Source: Tubiluchus corallicola (lineage: Eukaryota; Animalia; Priapulida). Taken from it: a DNA stretch of 64,000 nt. This document shows positions 12,004 to 27,400 of the stretch, in pieces. The notes under the pieces were generated by a model. That model ran no database searches and had not been told where the DNA came from. It saw nothing but the letters and a program-made list of their open reading frames with translations. A program made the position numbers and the translations under genes. Each line of letters opens with the position of its first letter. The stretch's first letter is position 1. The stretch spans positions 1 through 64,000 of the forward strand of contig JAQGDQ010000003.1 of assembly GCA_030141605.1 (NCBI GenBank). The letters are read 5' to 3'.

Positions 12004-15000
12004 CCTTCTATCACTCTGCCTTATTCTCTTTCCGCCCACGCTAACGCGATTCCTGCTACGTGAATTGATGCAATCACATACTAATCACATCTTAACCCCA
12101 GGCAGCCAACAGAAAAACTCAGAAAACAACTTGACACAAATTTTATGAAACTTACCACGCAGTACAATGTAATATTTGCATGCAGGTAGAATTGCGCTTA
12201 AGGCCAAGCTTTCTGGAAAGCTAGGCTTCAATGTTCGGGAAAATGTTGGAATGATTTAATAATAAAAGTGTGATAAGCGCATGGTGTTATTAGTAAAATC
12301 ACTTTAAAGTTGCGATCATTTCGTGCTTGGGCGCTCCCATTTTAAACGCCCATTTCCACCAATGACGTCGTTTATCGGCTGAAGAAAGCCAGCGCACTGT
12401 CAATTTCCGTCAAAAGCATAATAAGTTTTTACAAAAAATTAGATTTTGCGATTTTTGCATAAACATTAGGTAAGCTGCAGAAATTTGGTTTAAGCAGCGC
12501 GTGCTGATGGAAAGTCTCGATAACTTAACAGTTATCTTTATGCTTTATAGACAGCTTTTTGGCAAATTTGCTGTTATATTTTTTTAAGTTTAACAGACAA
12601 TAGTAAAATAAACCCAGCATGCTAAGTGACTTGTCCTTTCCTAGTTTAAAGAAAGACCTACTGAAGAATGTATAACACGCCCAACTTTTCTAATTTTGTC
12701 TAACTTGTTAAATAACAGGAGCCATTTCATATCACAGCGTCTTAAGAAGGTGCGCCATGGTTCTTTAATGGATTACACACTCAGCCATGAAATCATTTGT
12801 GAAACAAGAGGAACACAAGATCATTTTATAAATTATTATAGTTTCATCATTTTATACAATTTGAAGATTTGCACTTCAACAGAGCTGAGTCAAGACGATC
12901 AAACCTGGCTTACCACAAACACTTGGAGCAGATTGCGGTAATTATACGTACGTGTACTTCATTTACCACACTGGACTGTTGGGTTTGACAGGTAGTCAGA
13001 AAAGGCAACAGTTAGTTAGATACTGCCTTTGATCTCATATCCTTTCCATTAGATGTCCACTCTAGTTAGTGGACCGCCAGAGGAAGCTGGATTGAAAGGT
13101 GGTTACTGATGGGCAGCTAATTGCTTTGCCGCCAAGGTTTGCTTTTGTCAATTCCATCTGGGTGGTTTACCCCTGTTAAAAAATCCAATGTCTGGGACTT
13201 TAAAGGGGTGTTTCGTTAAATCCTGGCATTCTGCCAGTCTCTACAAAGTCCAAAACTAAAAAAAACACTCCTGCTAAAACCTTGTCGTATATTTGAGGCA
13301 CAGGTCGGAAAAGACAGACATCACCTAAACGCAACGCGCTATCCATCACTAGGCTTTTGTCGCATGCATTATAGATAAAGTTGAGTAAAAGTTTCGTCTA
13401 TTCCTGACGTTTATTGTGTGTGCGAAACCCGCGCGGCTACTGAAAATGTCAAAACACAAAGAGGAATTTTTAATTTGCAGGAAGATGACGAACACTTCTT
13501 TAGGCGTGTATGTGCGCATAAAGAAAAGCCAGAAAATGGAACTGGGAAAATACGCAAATATATCAACTTAAAGCACAAGAAAACACCACTCATAAATAAA
13601 GTGTTAAAAATTTTTGTCTTGAAATTTTGCATCATTTACATCCTATTGCATACAGAGCTTGCGTTAGCAGTAACACTATAAAAGTACAGTAAATTTAAAC
13701 TCTCGCGATGACCGTTAGGAGCAGCCATTTTAACGGTAAGTCATTTGAAACAAGTTTAGATAGCATCGCATAAAGTTTGAAAAAATAATCAGAGCATTCG
13801 TATCACACACTTCATTAAGCAAAAGCACTAAGCAATTACTTTATACTGTCCATAACACCAATGATGTATTTTTTGGTGAAACAGAGGTGCACATTGAGGA
13901 GGTGAATCAGTGACGTTTGACCAGGTGGAGCAAATATTTTACATTATTAAGAATTTCATTTCTTTTCGAGCTATATAAGTTTTTCAGACAGGTCAGTGTA
14001 ATGCTAAGTAATATAACTTTGCATGGAAAGTTATTTGGGATTTACTATAAAATTTCATTTTCTTCCTCATTAAGCTAAGACGCCTCTGACGGTCCAGTGT
14101 CTCTTCTCAGAGGAATACCCTTGATGATAACATTGCTCTCAGTGGTAAGACAAGCAACATTCCCAAGATAACCATTTGTAGTGGCGAGGTGCATGAAAAC
14201 AAGGACATAAATTTCACACACCAATTGCACATACTGGATTTCATGACTCTTGTGCTGCTATTAAATGATTGGTTACTAGTGTGCTGCTATTAAATGATTA
14301 GTTACCAGCGCATATAGGAAAATTTATAATCTGTTCTGTTTTATCCAGTTTTTTATTAGAGTATTTTAAGGAAAACGAATGACAACAGGCGAAATTCTGA
14401 ATGTCAAGAAAATTTAAATCCGATTATATAAATAACCGGCTAAGTAAGAAGAACGATCTAATTGCAGTTATCCTCTAATTCCTACTGAAAACACGATGAT
14501 GCGAGAATATGAGAAAAAAATTGAGCAAAAATCAGCGTAGGGACCAAAGCTCGTCTGCAGCTGATAATGCTACAGGCAAAAAAGTATGCACCTGTACAAT
14601 AAGAAAATATTAAATTTAGACTTGAGAAATTATCAGTCATCAAGAATTAATAAGAAATAAACTACACTTGAGAAGTTGACGATGACAGGTCAGACAAAGA
14701 AAACCCTTTTGAAAATAAACCACCTAACCGGCATCTAGTTTCATTACTAATTCATTTTTGGTGTTAAAAGCAAACCATGGAATCAAATGACGAATTTAAA
14801 GACACCTAAATACAATTTACTTTTCTGTTTTTGTTCTCTGTAACCTTTGATTGACTAATGCAAGTTAATTTACCTAGTCCAGGATTTCATTTTATATATC
14901 AAAATCAACATACACGTCTAACAGCTGGGCTAGTTCGTAGTTTTCGCCAGGAGAGGCGTAAACGGCGCTCCACGGCTTTTCCAGTGGGATACAAATAAGT

Positions 15001-18000
15001 TAATTATTCATTAATTACGCATCGCAGCGCTAAAAATTTTCTGCCAAATCACTCTCGGGCAAGTCAGTTATAAAATAAGTTCAAATTGATTTTCGTGATT
15101 TTCTCTTTTCAACAGCAGCGTGAATGTATAGCAAAATTGGCGTGTTCTAAGACCTTTTATAACCCAGAAATGAAAGAAATGCAAGAAACACACTACTAAT
15201 TTCCTAATTGCATCTTAGTCACAGTTACACACATATTACTAAACTCAATGCTTTTAGGTTAGATCTTTTAAATCTGACCTATAACTGCCACGTTGATGGA
15301 TTATTTCCCTAATCATCGCTTTTATTTCCTACAAAAACATAACTCACAGCGCACCTTTTATTGTTACACTAACAGTAAGCTTTGTGCTAAATAGTTTTAC
15401 ATGAAAACACTGTTGAACCTTGCAGGCCCATTAGCGATTAACACTTAGGAAAAGTTCACGGTCGTATAATTCCACTCAGGCTTCAGTAGTCAGTTAAGGG
15501 AAGACATAAAGAATAGCCCCTAAATCTGCCCCACTTTTAAGGTCAATGTTCAAATCATTGAAAAAATGAGCGTTTAAAACTTTAAATCAAACAAACTTCA
15601 CAATAATTGGCGGTTCAATACAGAATTTTGCAATACGTGATTTAGCATACGAAAACACTCCTCGTAAAATAAGGCTTAAAAATTCGTCTTGCAAATTATA
15701 TCGCTTATATGCTGTCTTGTCGCACACAGAGCTTGCGTTACAGCAGTAACGCTGTATAAAACTTGTAAATTTAGCCTGTCCGATGAGCATTTTAACAAGT
15801 TTGAAACAAGTTCCGATAACGCTGCACGAAGTTTGAAAAAAAATAATCAGAGCATTGGTAATGCTCCCAGGAAAGTACAATGCTAAGTAATATAACTTTG
15901 TGTGGAAGGTTTTTAGGGCATACTTTAAAATTGCCTCTTCTTCTGCTTTAAGCGACCTTACAGCCTTTAACAATGTAGACATCATAAATACAAGTTTTAT
16001 TAATGAATGCTCTTCTTTCATTTCAATGTCGGTAGGGAAGTCAAATGACAAAATTTTTCAGCGACAAATAACCCTTCTTGCACTTGTTACATTTCCAATA
16101 ATGTAAATCCTTAATCGTATTTTGTATTAAACCTAATTCGATTTAATCGAATTCTTCACTAAGTCTATACCAGTCTATATACATGTATGTACATATATTC
16201 CTTAATAGTTAACTAGTACGAATTAGCATCTGTAATTAACTTTTGATAATAATGAACAAGTTTTTGACAGTAACTCGCAATAATTCCTAATTGTAACTGG
16301 AACATCTAGAAGTGGCTAACAGTTTCAGTTCAACGAAGGGGCTGATGGTCTAGAAACTCTGGACGCCCAGAGGTGCCGGGATCAAACATAGGCTCAGTTC
16401 GAATTTTTTCATCTTCTTCTATTTGACCAAATTTGGTTTCAAAAAAAAATTCCAGCAGATTGCAAAAATTAATTGGTTAAAAATGTAAACTTAATTTTTT
16501 TCACCAACTGTTGATTTACCATTTATTTATTTGGCGTACAAAAAGCATTTGAATTTAAATGAAAATGTGCATTGTATAGTATTGTCAATTAGGCTTATCT
16601 TTTAGCTGACTCTGTACCTATGTATTTCATTGATAAGCATGCATCTTAAACGATAATGAAGCACTGAGATACACAAGTTTCAATCAGAGAAAAAGTTATT
16701 TGCGCCATTCGTAGCAATATTATAGTAATCTCAGCGCTCAATGCTCGCTGCCAAGAAAGCAATTTTGGCTCAAAAGTAACAGAACAAATTTAATCAAGAT
16801 ACGTCTCGAAGATTTCGAACGTGAAAAATTACCTTTACTGTTTTTCATTTCCATATCACTGTAGGATGCAGCGCATGTGTGGGTAGTAAAAATAAAATGA
16901 GGAGAAAATGCAGGTGCAGCTATTTGGAAAACAGTCACGAACATAAATGCGTGAAGTGACGTTTACTAGATATCCGGAATGCGTGTGCGTTATGCGGATG
17001 CGGATAGATAAAATCCGTTTACACTGTTTTCATTGCACCCGTTTATCAGACCTACGTTTTGCGTTATTTTTCATGCCCTGTTGTTTTCTTATGCAGCTAT
17101 TCCTGTTGACTCTTATACGCAGCTATTCCGCAAATGGATAAAGCATAACGCACAAGGCATTCCAGATGCCTGGTGAACGAAACTTATAGTGCTAGAAATC
17201 ACCATAGTGCTAGAAATCATTTGAAAGCAATGTTGAGTGTATTCACTGGGTGCACAGCTGCGATCAGAGATGTTACATCGATGAAGCAGGACCCTCTTAA
17301 TGGACCTAACGTAAAGGGAATTTAATCGCAACAAGTTTATTGGGAAACTACTGCCCTCTTCATCAGAATCTCAGCAGTGGTTTCCCGAAATATCCTTTTA
17401 CTAAATAATTAGAGAATATTAATGAGAATGAGTCTGAAACTCTGTTTTTTCGCAAAAAAGCAGATCCTCATAAGGTAGTTTTACCGTAATTATGCTAACT
17501 GATGTTAGCGGCTTTTAACTTTGCAGAACAGGTAGAATAAAAGACAAATGCAAACAAAAAGCTAGAAAAGGCAACCGAAAAGATCTGTACAGTTTTACTA
17601 AACTTTTAATCAAACTTGATGCTGGGAGTTTTTTTACCGATTAGTACCTTAGTACGAGGTCAGTAAGCAGCACAAAAATAAATATAACAAAATATAATAC
17701 CAAATGATGCATGAATACCAATTAGTACCTATTTATGTGTCACGGTACAGTTGCTGTGGTATAAAGTACTGCCTACATCATGGTATGAAGTACTGCTTAC
17801 ATCAAAGATCGGGAAGCATAGTTTATGGAGAATGAAAGGGATGAATTAAGATTAAAGCACTGAGATATCACAAGCTCTTAGATGCTTAATAGCATTAGGG
17901 AAGGCAACACGGCATATATGCGTGTATCCTGTGAGACTATAGGTTTCTCCATCCTACTCAGATAAGCCTTTCTAATGACGAAGGACACAATGCCAGAAGC

Positions 18001-18418
18001 AATTTACCCAGCATAATTTACTCTAGTCATAGGGGAAAGGGTTAAGATTTACTGCTGTTCATTAAAACGGTAGCACAATAATTTATTTAAGTCGGTTTCA
18101 GACTCCGAAGGAATAATTACCATTGCTGGACGTAATCAAGTTTGCTGTAATTTACGTTACAATCTTTGCAAAAGCATGAAAATTACACACCAGAAAGCTT
18201 ATTTAAAGCACTTAATGTAAGTTTTAAGTTTACGCAACGACGGTAATTCCTGATTCAGTTGTAAAAGCGCACACAGTTTGTCAGCACATTTGAAAAATTA
18301 AAAACATTATTTAATGTGCTTAGTATATCGTAAATTAACTGTCTTTCTGAAAATGAAAAAGATGATGAGGATTAACAAATATTCCTTATCATATTTAAAA
18401 GATGACTTCGGCTTTGTA

Positions 18419-18468
<50 letters not shown>

Positions 18469-21400
18469 AGGTAAGAGAATTACTATTGAGGTAAATTTTC
18501 TATTATAAGGAACCTTTGGCCTTCAAACGTAGTGCAAACAAAAAACTTCAGTCATTATTCCAAAATATACAGTAGTAATGATGCTCAGTCTTAACTCTCA
18601 ACCATAATATATTCAACTTTTATGTTCTGCTATCTGTAACAAGAGTGCAGATTTTAGACGTGCCACAAACTAGCTCTATTTCCAACTGTTTAAGTTATTC
18701 TGTACTACCTGCACGACTTTTCTCTCATAAACTGCTTAATTATCTGTGAACAACAACGAATAGGTTTCCCGGGGTTTCCTATATACTGTCAACTCGTATC
18801 AGTGAATTATGTATACTGCATAAGGTTTACAGGAACTGAAATTTCACTCTAAGGAAATTTAACAAACATACCAAGTGAGAAATTTAATTATATAACAATA
18901 TGTCTAAATAAACGTTACATACACAAACATCATAACAATGTTACAACGTTACGTCTGTATACATGTTATAAAGTCAGTACAGTGCTATTATTTTAAAATT
19001 TCAACATGTTTTCCCTTGCACATTAAGCACATTTGCATAAGTGTTACAGTACGATTTTAATGCGTGATGTCACAAAAATGGGCTCTACATCATATGACGT
19101 CAGAAACTAACACTGTAGTTCATGATCATGTTTATCACGGTACCACCTTCTATTTGTCGGCCATGCGAATGTGACAAAAAGACGCCGCTGCCAATCTTTC
19201 TAGATTCACTGAGCTGTGCGTAGCTTTGAAAGGTTAACGAAATTTGAGTATCCAAGGCGATTACTATTTAATCTAAGCTTTGATTTAAAAAAGCTATTGT
19301 AGTTTTCAATATTTTAAAGCATTCTTTATTCTGAACTAATGTTTATGCAAACATTCGGTTTTCCTTTAAAGCATACTGGATCAATAAAGAACTTCAATCT
19401 TTCATTAACCTTTTCTAATAGCCCCCGATGTTTCGCAAAAATGGTCTGCGCTCTTGATTTACCATTTACTCTTGAACAAATGTACATATTCTTATTATTA
19501 TTTCACTTTACTAATTTTGTATGATTGTCCAATTATTTCTGTTTCATCATGTTGTCAACTTTCACCCATCATCATTAAATTCTCATCCTCAGTTGCTTGT
19601 AAACATCCTTTCATTTGTTTTTATTCAAATGTATATAGGCCTATTACTCGAAATTTCAAAGTCAGGGCACTTTTAAAAGCTTTTCTTCTTTAATGCCCTA
19701 CAGCAGAAATCGTTTAAGTGGGTTCCCTTTTCTTAGCTTTTCATAAACTAGCAAACATTCACATTTTAGAAGGCCTTACATATGGTAAATCAAATAATCT
19801 ACCACTGAATTTAAAATATGGATTAATATTTTATTTCACACTGGAGGTATCCAAATTACTCTATACATATTTAAGCGAATCTTACCACACCGCCTCAATA
19901 AATAAACTCCAATGGACTTGAGCAAACAGTTCTATCATTATTAAGACTGGCTTCAGATTTTTAACTACAGCAACAGACTATGGAAGTCTGTTAATAGGTA
20001 ACGAAGAATAACTTGCATACGCAACTTTAATTTTTCAATTTCAAAATAAGTGGAGGGCTTTTTCCAGGATCAAATGGGTAACAGCTAGACAATCAGTTGT
20101 TCTTGAAACTGTGCTGTTTATTTTGCAGTTTTTCTTGCAGTGAAAAGTAGTTTGCAAAACTACTAATGTACTGCATTATTTCTCATGCCAGCTTTAAATA
20201 TTCAGTCATGCAACACAGCGTGAGGTAGTTATGCTGAGAAATGCATTTTAATCATGTAACATAGCAATAAAACAACTGCCAAGGCAAATTATGTAACTTC
20301 AAAACTGCTGTAAACGGAAATTTGAGCTGCTAGGTAAAGAAAATCAATTTGGAAAGCTTTAACAATCTTTAAGCTCTCAATTCCTGTTCGTGTGTGTTGT
20401 ATTTGTGTATGTCTAGTAATACGTTTACTTGCTCAGGTTTGCATATCGCTTTAAAGGAAAGGACATGTCATTTAGCATATTGGGTCTATTTTACTGTTAC
20501 CACTGAAATAGAGAAATATAGCCAAGATTTGCAAAAACTGTCTAAAAGGCATAAAGTTAACTTATGTTACAGCTGTGTACAAATTATCTGGCCCAATGGT
20601 AGCTGCCGTTGACCTTGAAAATTATGACGTAACTGGTGAACTTTGTGACTTTTCATAAACGCATCTTGGTTTTGTGTAAATGCACGCTGCTTAAACAAAT
20701 TCAAACTTCAGCAACTAATCTCGTGTTCATGCAAAAATATCACAAAATCAGCTATCTAATTTTTTTTTTGCAAAAACTTATTATACTTTTGACTGAAATT
20801 GACAGTGCGTTGGTTTTCTTCAGTAAGCTTCTGTAAGCTTCTTTAATCAGTCTTGTATCTGATGAAATAAAGTTTGTTTTTGTTGAATTAACCAAAGGTA
20901 ATATCTTGTGTACTATACATAGCACAAAGAATAGTTTAAAGGTTATCATGTCTTAAGGTAAAGATTGCAGTCAGAAGAAAAAGATTCAAGTCCCGAGTTA
21001 AAGAGTGTAAAAAATATCTATCAATCTAATGATTCCAGCTGCCAAAACAAACAATGGATAGCACCGGACTGTTAAGTTACTTAAAGGAAAGGCCAAGTCT
21101 TCTGGAAAGTTACACTTCTTTCAATGTTCACAAAAAATGTTAGAAGGACTTAATGATAAGAGTGCGATGAACTTTGTCATTGGTGGAAGAACGGGCGCTC
21201 AAAATGGGAGCGCCCAATCATGAAGTAATCACGACTTTAAAGTGATTTTACTAATTTTACACTTTCACACTTTTATTACTAAGTCCTTCTAACATTTCTT
21301 GAGAACATTGAAATAAGCCTAACTTTTCAGAAGGCTCGGCCTTTCCTTTAACTGTCAATTAAGTAGCTAAAAAGTAGCTAAGTAACACACAAAAATATCC

Positions 21401-24400
21401 CCAGAACCTGAGCTAAAAACAAGTTTCCAAAATAACCTAATTAGGTCGGTCGCCCACGAAAATTAATTTTCACGACAAAAGCAAAAAGGAAATTATCAGA
21501 TTCACAAAGGACCGACTGACATTGATTTAACTTTAAGGCTTTATTTTGTATTTCTGCTAGATTTTCCATAGCCACAAGACACCACCTTTTTTAAACGAGT
21601 GTTGTTTATTGCATTCTAGACAGATCTACAAAAATTTTATTGCCAAATATACGTAAATCAGCCTTTTTATATCAAGTACTTCTATTACAAACGCTTACTC
21701 TAAAAATATCGGTAACTTTATTCCAGGACAATGATTAACAAAGCACATTATTTGCCCATTTCCGCTTATTTAATACAAGAAGCAAATGAAAGATAAAGAC
21801 ATCTTACCAAGACCGAATCGGTAGCCATCCGCAAACCTGGTGCTTGCATTGTGAAACACGCATGCGCTATCCACTCCTTTTAGAAATATCTGTGCATTGT
21901 CAGCTGTTCAAATAAAAAATTCTGCGTAAACATTGTGCTTACACAATTCATATGGATTCAGTTCAAGAGTAAACACAAGGCATACAACAAGAGCTGGTGT
22001 TAATGAAGAAAAACTGAAAAAGATGAAATCGCATTCCGTGAAGACAATATTGACTTCACTTCAAGCGTAAACGTAAATTATGAAATGCACAGAAAGTGAA
22101 TGTATATCAAACCCCTAGTCACCTCCTCTAAAATTTATAGCGAAAAGTAGAAAATAGTTGACAATATTTATGATACGTCAGAAATTGAAGAATTTTAAAT
22201 TATAGTCACTTGACAAAGCATATGTTGCATATAGTTGTTCAAGTGAACCAAGTACTGAGGTACCGGTCAAAAATCTAAAGCACTAAATTAAATAGTTCGC
22301 ATGTCATGTTTGGTAATATTTAAAAATTCTGAAGACCTGTCAAACTCCATAAATGGCTATACAGTATCCTTTATAGTTTATTAATGTATTAAACACTATT
22401 TAATCCTCTTTGATATTCAGGTGATATATTTGAATCACTAGATAAATAACCCAGATGAACTCATCTTTTTTCAGCGTTTCATCTGTTACCATTTTTCTAC
22501 CTCCAGTACGAATGAAGTTCTTTCCAGCACCCAAAATTTTAGATAGAAATACCTTTCTCTCTTCATAAACAAATCAAAACAATCCAAAACTATAGTGATG
22601 TCCCAAAATACAGTGCTTGACTTTTCATATATTTAGGGTACTTATAAAAGCTCCCCGGAAATTTTCAAGGAGGAGGGGCGGAGTTAACGCTCTTTTAAAA
22701 TTTTTCTTTCTTGTTCTTGTAGATCTAATATGTATTAAGTATCATCCTATAAATTTATTAGTCTTGCCATAGCTACTGTATCACAAAGTATGGTAGAGCA
22801 TAACGAATATCAAAGCTATTTGCTTCTGACAGTGTATACGACACCATAAGGTAATACACTGTATATTAAAGTATCAGGTCCAGTGATTCTGGAGTGGTTT
22901 CGTTTCTTAGTTGATGAGGTTGATCCCACTAAGGTAAAATGCTAAAATGAAAACTGAAAATTGATCATTAGGCCATAAAAGGGCAAAATGAAATTTGTAA
23001 ACAATTTCCATTCATTTAATTAAGTTACTGGAACAGTATTTAACATACTAGTTTACAATCTCCTAGATTAATTACTGAAACTGGTTGTCCAGTTTTATGC
23101 AACTGTATAATTATATTACAAGACAAGGCTGCAAGTACTTCATACACATACATAACTATTTGTATCTGCCACAAAATTACGGACCGCTGATCAGAAACGG
23201 AACAGATCATCCAATAAGAGTGCGTGCTTCATTCTGCTACCAATAGTGGCAGCATTCTGGCATCAGAAACTAGGAATAATTTTCCAAAAAAGTCAACAAT
23301 TTGAAAGAAAAACTACATTTCACGTTTCAAGCTGTTTTATTCATTTGTTAAGTAATTTATCAGGGATTTTACTTATTTGTTTTTCAACAACAGAATTTTT
23401 TCGCATCCAACAGCCACCACCAGGAACTAACTATTTTGCGAGTGATTTTTGACAAATGGGGGCAGTAAAAGGCCTTCTAAATTATAAATAGTGGGCACGA
23501 GTGAAATTACACCCCTTAAAGGCAAGCACTGCATATAGGTCAAGGAGCAGTTTTTCTGACTTTTAAATAATATATATACACAGCCTAGAAAGTTGTAGTA
23601 AAAGCATGCATTAGACCCATCCTCTTTTCAATTTGAAATCTAAAGAACATTGCATGATATGTAGGAAGTTACAATGCCATCACATTCAGTGCCTACAATA
23701 ACCTATAAATTGTTGATAGTAACTTAACTATGGTTCTGTTTGCCATTTTTTTTTAATGTTTATTTAAAATTGTTTATTGAATGACCTTTACCCTTAGGTC
23801 ACATAATATAGTTCTCACAAGTCTTTATTTTTTACATTACAAATCATACTGACAACAGTACTAAGCAAACAATACGAAACATGATCTTAATACCTAGTCA
23901 TAACATCAACATCAAAACAAGGACATTCAAAACACTCAGCTCAGTTAGATTCATGGACACTAACATTTACTCGTTAGTAAACTGTTTCTGAAGCCATTTT
24001 TCATTTCTACAAAGACATTAATAGAAATTAAAGCCTTTCATTAAAGGTTTAATTAAAGCAAACTAAACGAAAATGAGCTTTACTAGCAAGTGCTTTAGTA
24101 TCAATATCCAATATGGAAGCAAAGGAAAGGGACATAAAGTTTGACTATGTAATAGGTCATGCAGAAATTTGGAAGCACACAACTGTATCTGCCACTTAAA
24201 GGAAAAACCAACTCTCAAACAACATACATTGCAAAAGAAATGTAAATCATTCATACCTCCCACAAAAGAACTTCGCTTGCGGGTATATTTCAAACAAATG
24301 TCGTAAACTAATGGAAAATATGAAGACACGCGTAACAAAAAACTTCTGCAGTTCACTCAGAAATTCTGCTATTTTAGCTGATTAAAGTTTTGTGTTTAAC

Positions 24401-27400
24401 TTGTTATGTGTAATACATTCATGTAAAAATTAGTCATCGGATCAGTTAGCAACAACTTTAAAGTGCTTACATAGCTTTAGCATACATACCTCAAAATGTG
24501 CAAGTACTACACATAATATAATTACAGATAAATATACAGGTGGGTTACTTGGCTTATAGAGTTCAGTTTTAGCTTGTTAAAATAATTATTTTGTTACTTT
24601 GTCGGGAATGACTAGCCAGGTTGGCGGTTATTATAATATTGGCCGTAACTGATTTTCATTACATAGTGGGCAACAGGATTCAACAAAAAGCAAAAATTGG
24701 TATTAATAATCTCTCATTTAATGTTTTACTTTTTGTAGCTGACAATAGTAACTGTAGCTGCAAAAAAATGTGCTCTAGCACCTGGTGGGATAACTGTTTA
24801 TATTGCATGATAACGGAAGACGCCATTTTTCGTTCAAAACGAGTACATCCAAGCACAAAATGATCGTAACTTTAAATTGATTTTACTAATTACACGAGAC
24901 ACTTATCACAAGTTTATTGCTGAAACTTTCTAACATTTTCCTACATATTAAAAATAAGTTCAGCTTTCGGAGAAACTTGGCTTTTCTTTTAAGCTAACTT
25001 GCTGTAGGAAAAATTAAAACTGAAATGTCGTACCATTTTCTGTAACAATAGCATCAGTGTGTGAACTTCCATATTTGTTAATATGTTCCACAGCATCATC
25101 AACAGAATCAACAACCTCTACTGTACACTCCAGAGCTCCATATTCAACTTCCATAGACTTCGCTAGGGACGGACTAAATTTGAGCATGGCGGCCAATCGT
25201 GGCCCTGCATGAATTATCACCTAAGTTTAGGAAAAATGATCACAAACTCACCATTTTTTACTAAAAAATTTGCTGCAAGAAGGTACATTATTAAGCATTG
25301 TCTGGATATAGGACAAATTACCCATTCAAAGAGTTCTTACAATTTGGAAAACAGTATAATACAGAAGAATCATGCTACAACATTTCTCATTGATAATGCT
25401 TCAGAACAAAATTACTGTGTAAACTTAATATGCATAATCTTAATTTGAAGACTATTTATTAACGATGGAATAAAGCCCAAATAAATGAACTTTGAATAAA
25501 ACTTGCCTGAGAGGAAAGAAAAGTGAATAAGTCGAGAATGGGGACCACGAACCTTCTGACTAGAAGTTGACACCACAAATACTAGATTACTCAATCACAG
25601 TTATCATGACAGGTCCTAGTTCATTATTATAGTTATCAAAAGGTTCCTTCCCTTCAAATAAGTTGCAGAATTCAATAACCGTGCATTCATTTCATTATTA
25701 AAATTAGTACAGTTTATTAGCATTTAGTTTTGGAGGACAAGTCAATTACTAAGACATGCATGGGGACTAACGTTCAACACAGTAAAGTTCTGAATTTTCT
25801 GCATATGTAATATGCTCAGTTGGCTTTTTTCAGATAACATAAGCAGACTTTTGGTTTTTGTGTATTCCTGAGATCCAAACTTTTGAGGGATTAAAAGAAA
25901 ATAAAAATTACTGCATTTTATGTAACAACAGTTTTACAACACTTTAACATTATCAGCTGCAATAGAAATAAAAGATCAACAGTTAGTAAACAATGCTATA
26001 AACGTACATTTTCTGCGCGCAGCATATCAGTGACAGCATCAAAAAAATCGGATTTGACCAGGCTTGTATGAAGTAACAGTGTTTCCATGGCATTACATGC
26101 AGCTGGATAGTCACATTTTGCATCTTTTACTGCAACAAAATAATGCGCATAACATGTAATGATCAAGCAATTGGTTGATGAAATTAAGCTACTAAGATGG
26201 TCATGATATTATTAAACAATGGTTTATGATTACTACGTTATGTCAACTAATTACAATTAAATTCAAGGACCATGTGGAGATGCACAAAATATATAAATAG
26301 ACAGAATCATCTAGTAAATAACAGCATTCAAAGCAATAGACATTTAGGAACTGTTACGGATAAGTCTCATTTTCACAGCAAAATTTTTTTAATCGTGCTA
26401 TACTTTCACAAAAAACCCGTAGTTGGTTCCAAAAATTTTCGTTGCACCATGAAACACTGATTGTTAATTGTCAGTGTTAAATTTTGCATAACTCCTTTCA
26501 AAAATATTTACATTTTTGATTAATAATAAATTCTGTTAATCTTAAAATTAAGGAATCAACTATGCAGGGCTTCATGCTTTTAGAACAGAGCATTGCATTT
26601 TTGTCAAATGCCATAAAAACAATATTTCGTATTTTACATACCAATTGCCAAACCCATTTCTTCGTTTGCATCTTCATCTATGTAGACATGGCAGATACCT
26701 TCACTGTGACCCAGTACTGGAATGCTGGCACTGTCATTCTGTATTTGCTTCACCATTTGACTGGATCCTCGAGGAATGACCAAATCTATGTATTCATCTA
26801 GTTGCAATAAATCGGAAATGTCCTCTCTACGACTCACCTGACAAAAAAATTGTACATGCTAAACTCACAGTAATACAGTAATGACTTCTTATCTAATGTC
26901 TGTACTCAAATTTAGTTATTTAGTGCACTGCAACAAGATATATAATATTACAGTAGGTGCCTTTTAATAGACTCACTTGGGACCGAAGTGTTTTGACCCA
27001 GTTAACCGACTGAACATATTAACCGATGGGTGTAGTATTACCGGTATAGAAGGTAAGAGTTACCAGCTAACTATGCACTGCAAAGCTTTTTAATGAATTT
27101 TAGAAGTCTAATTATTTTAAAAATTGCAAAAATAATTTCAAAATTGGCTGCATCATTTTATCCCGAAAAAGTTGTCTCACAAAGTTCTCATAATGATAAA
27201 ATCTGTTGCTGCATGATGCACAATTCTCGTAAAATACGTACTGCTTGGCGTGCTTGAACTGTTGGTGGTGCCTGTATTTACCTGCAACTGGTTCTGTAGT
27301 TTCGTTTAAGATCCCGCTTGCTATCGTGATGTACTGTACTGTACCAGCAGCTGTGTCCCTAGCATAACAGCAGCAACTAATTGAGTAAACTTTATGGCAA

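Noticed and set aside
15587-16051. 154-aa ORF on minus
   Set aside because: Overlaps MITE family B copy 2; no recognisable domain.
16336-16410. tRNA/SINE-like head (TGGTCTAG ... GGGATCAAAC)
   Set aside because: A and B boxes are degenerate, no cloverleaf can be drawn, and there is no second copy in the window.
19340-19960. Possible decayed coding (transposase-like) sequence on minus
   Set aside because: Many stops and no motif I could assign with confidence.
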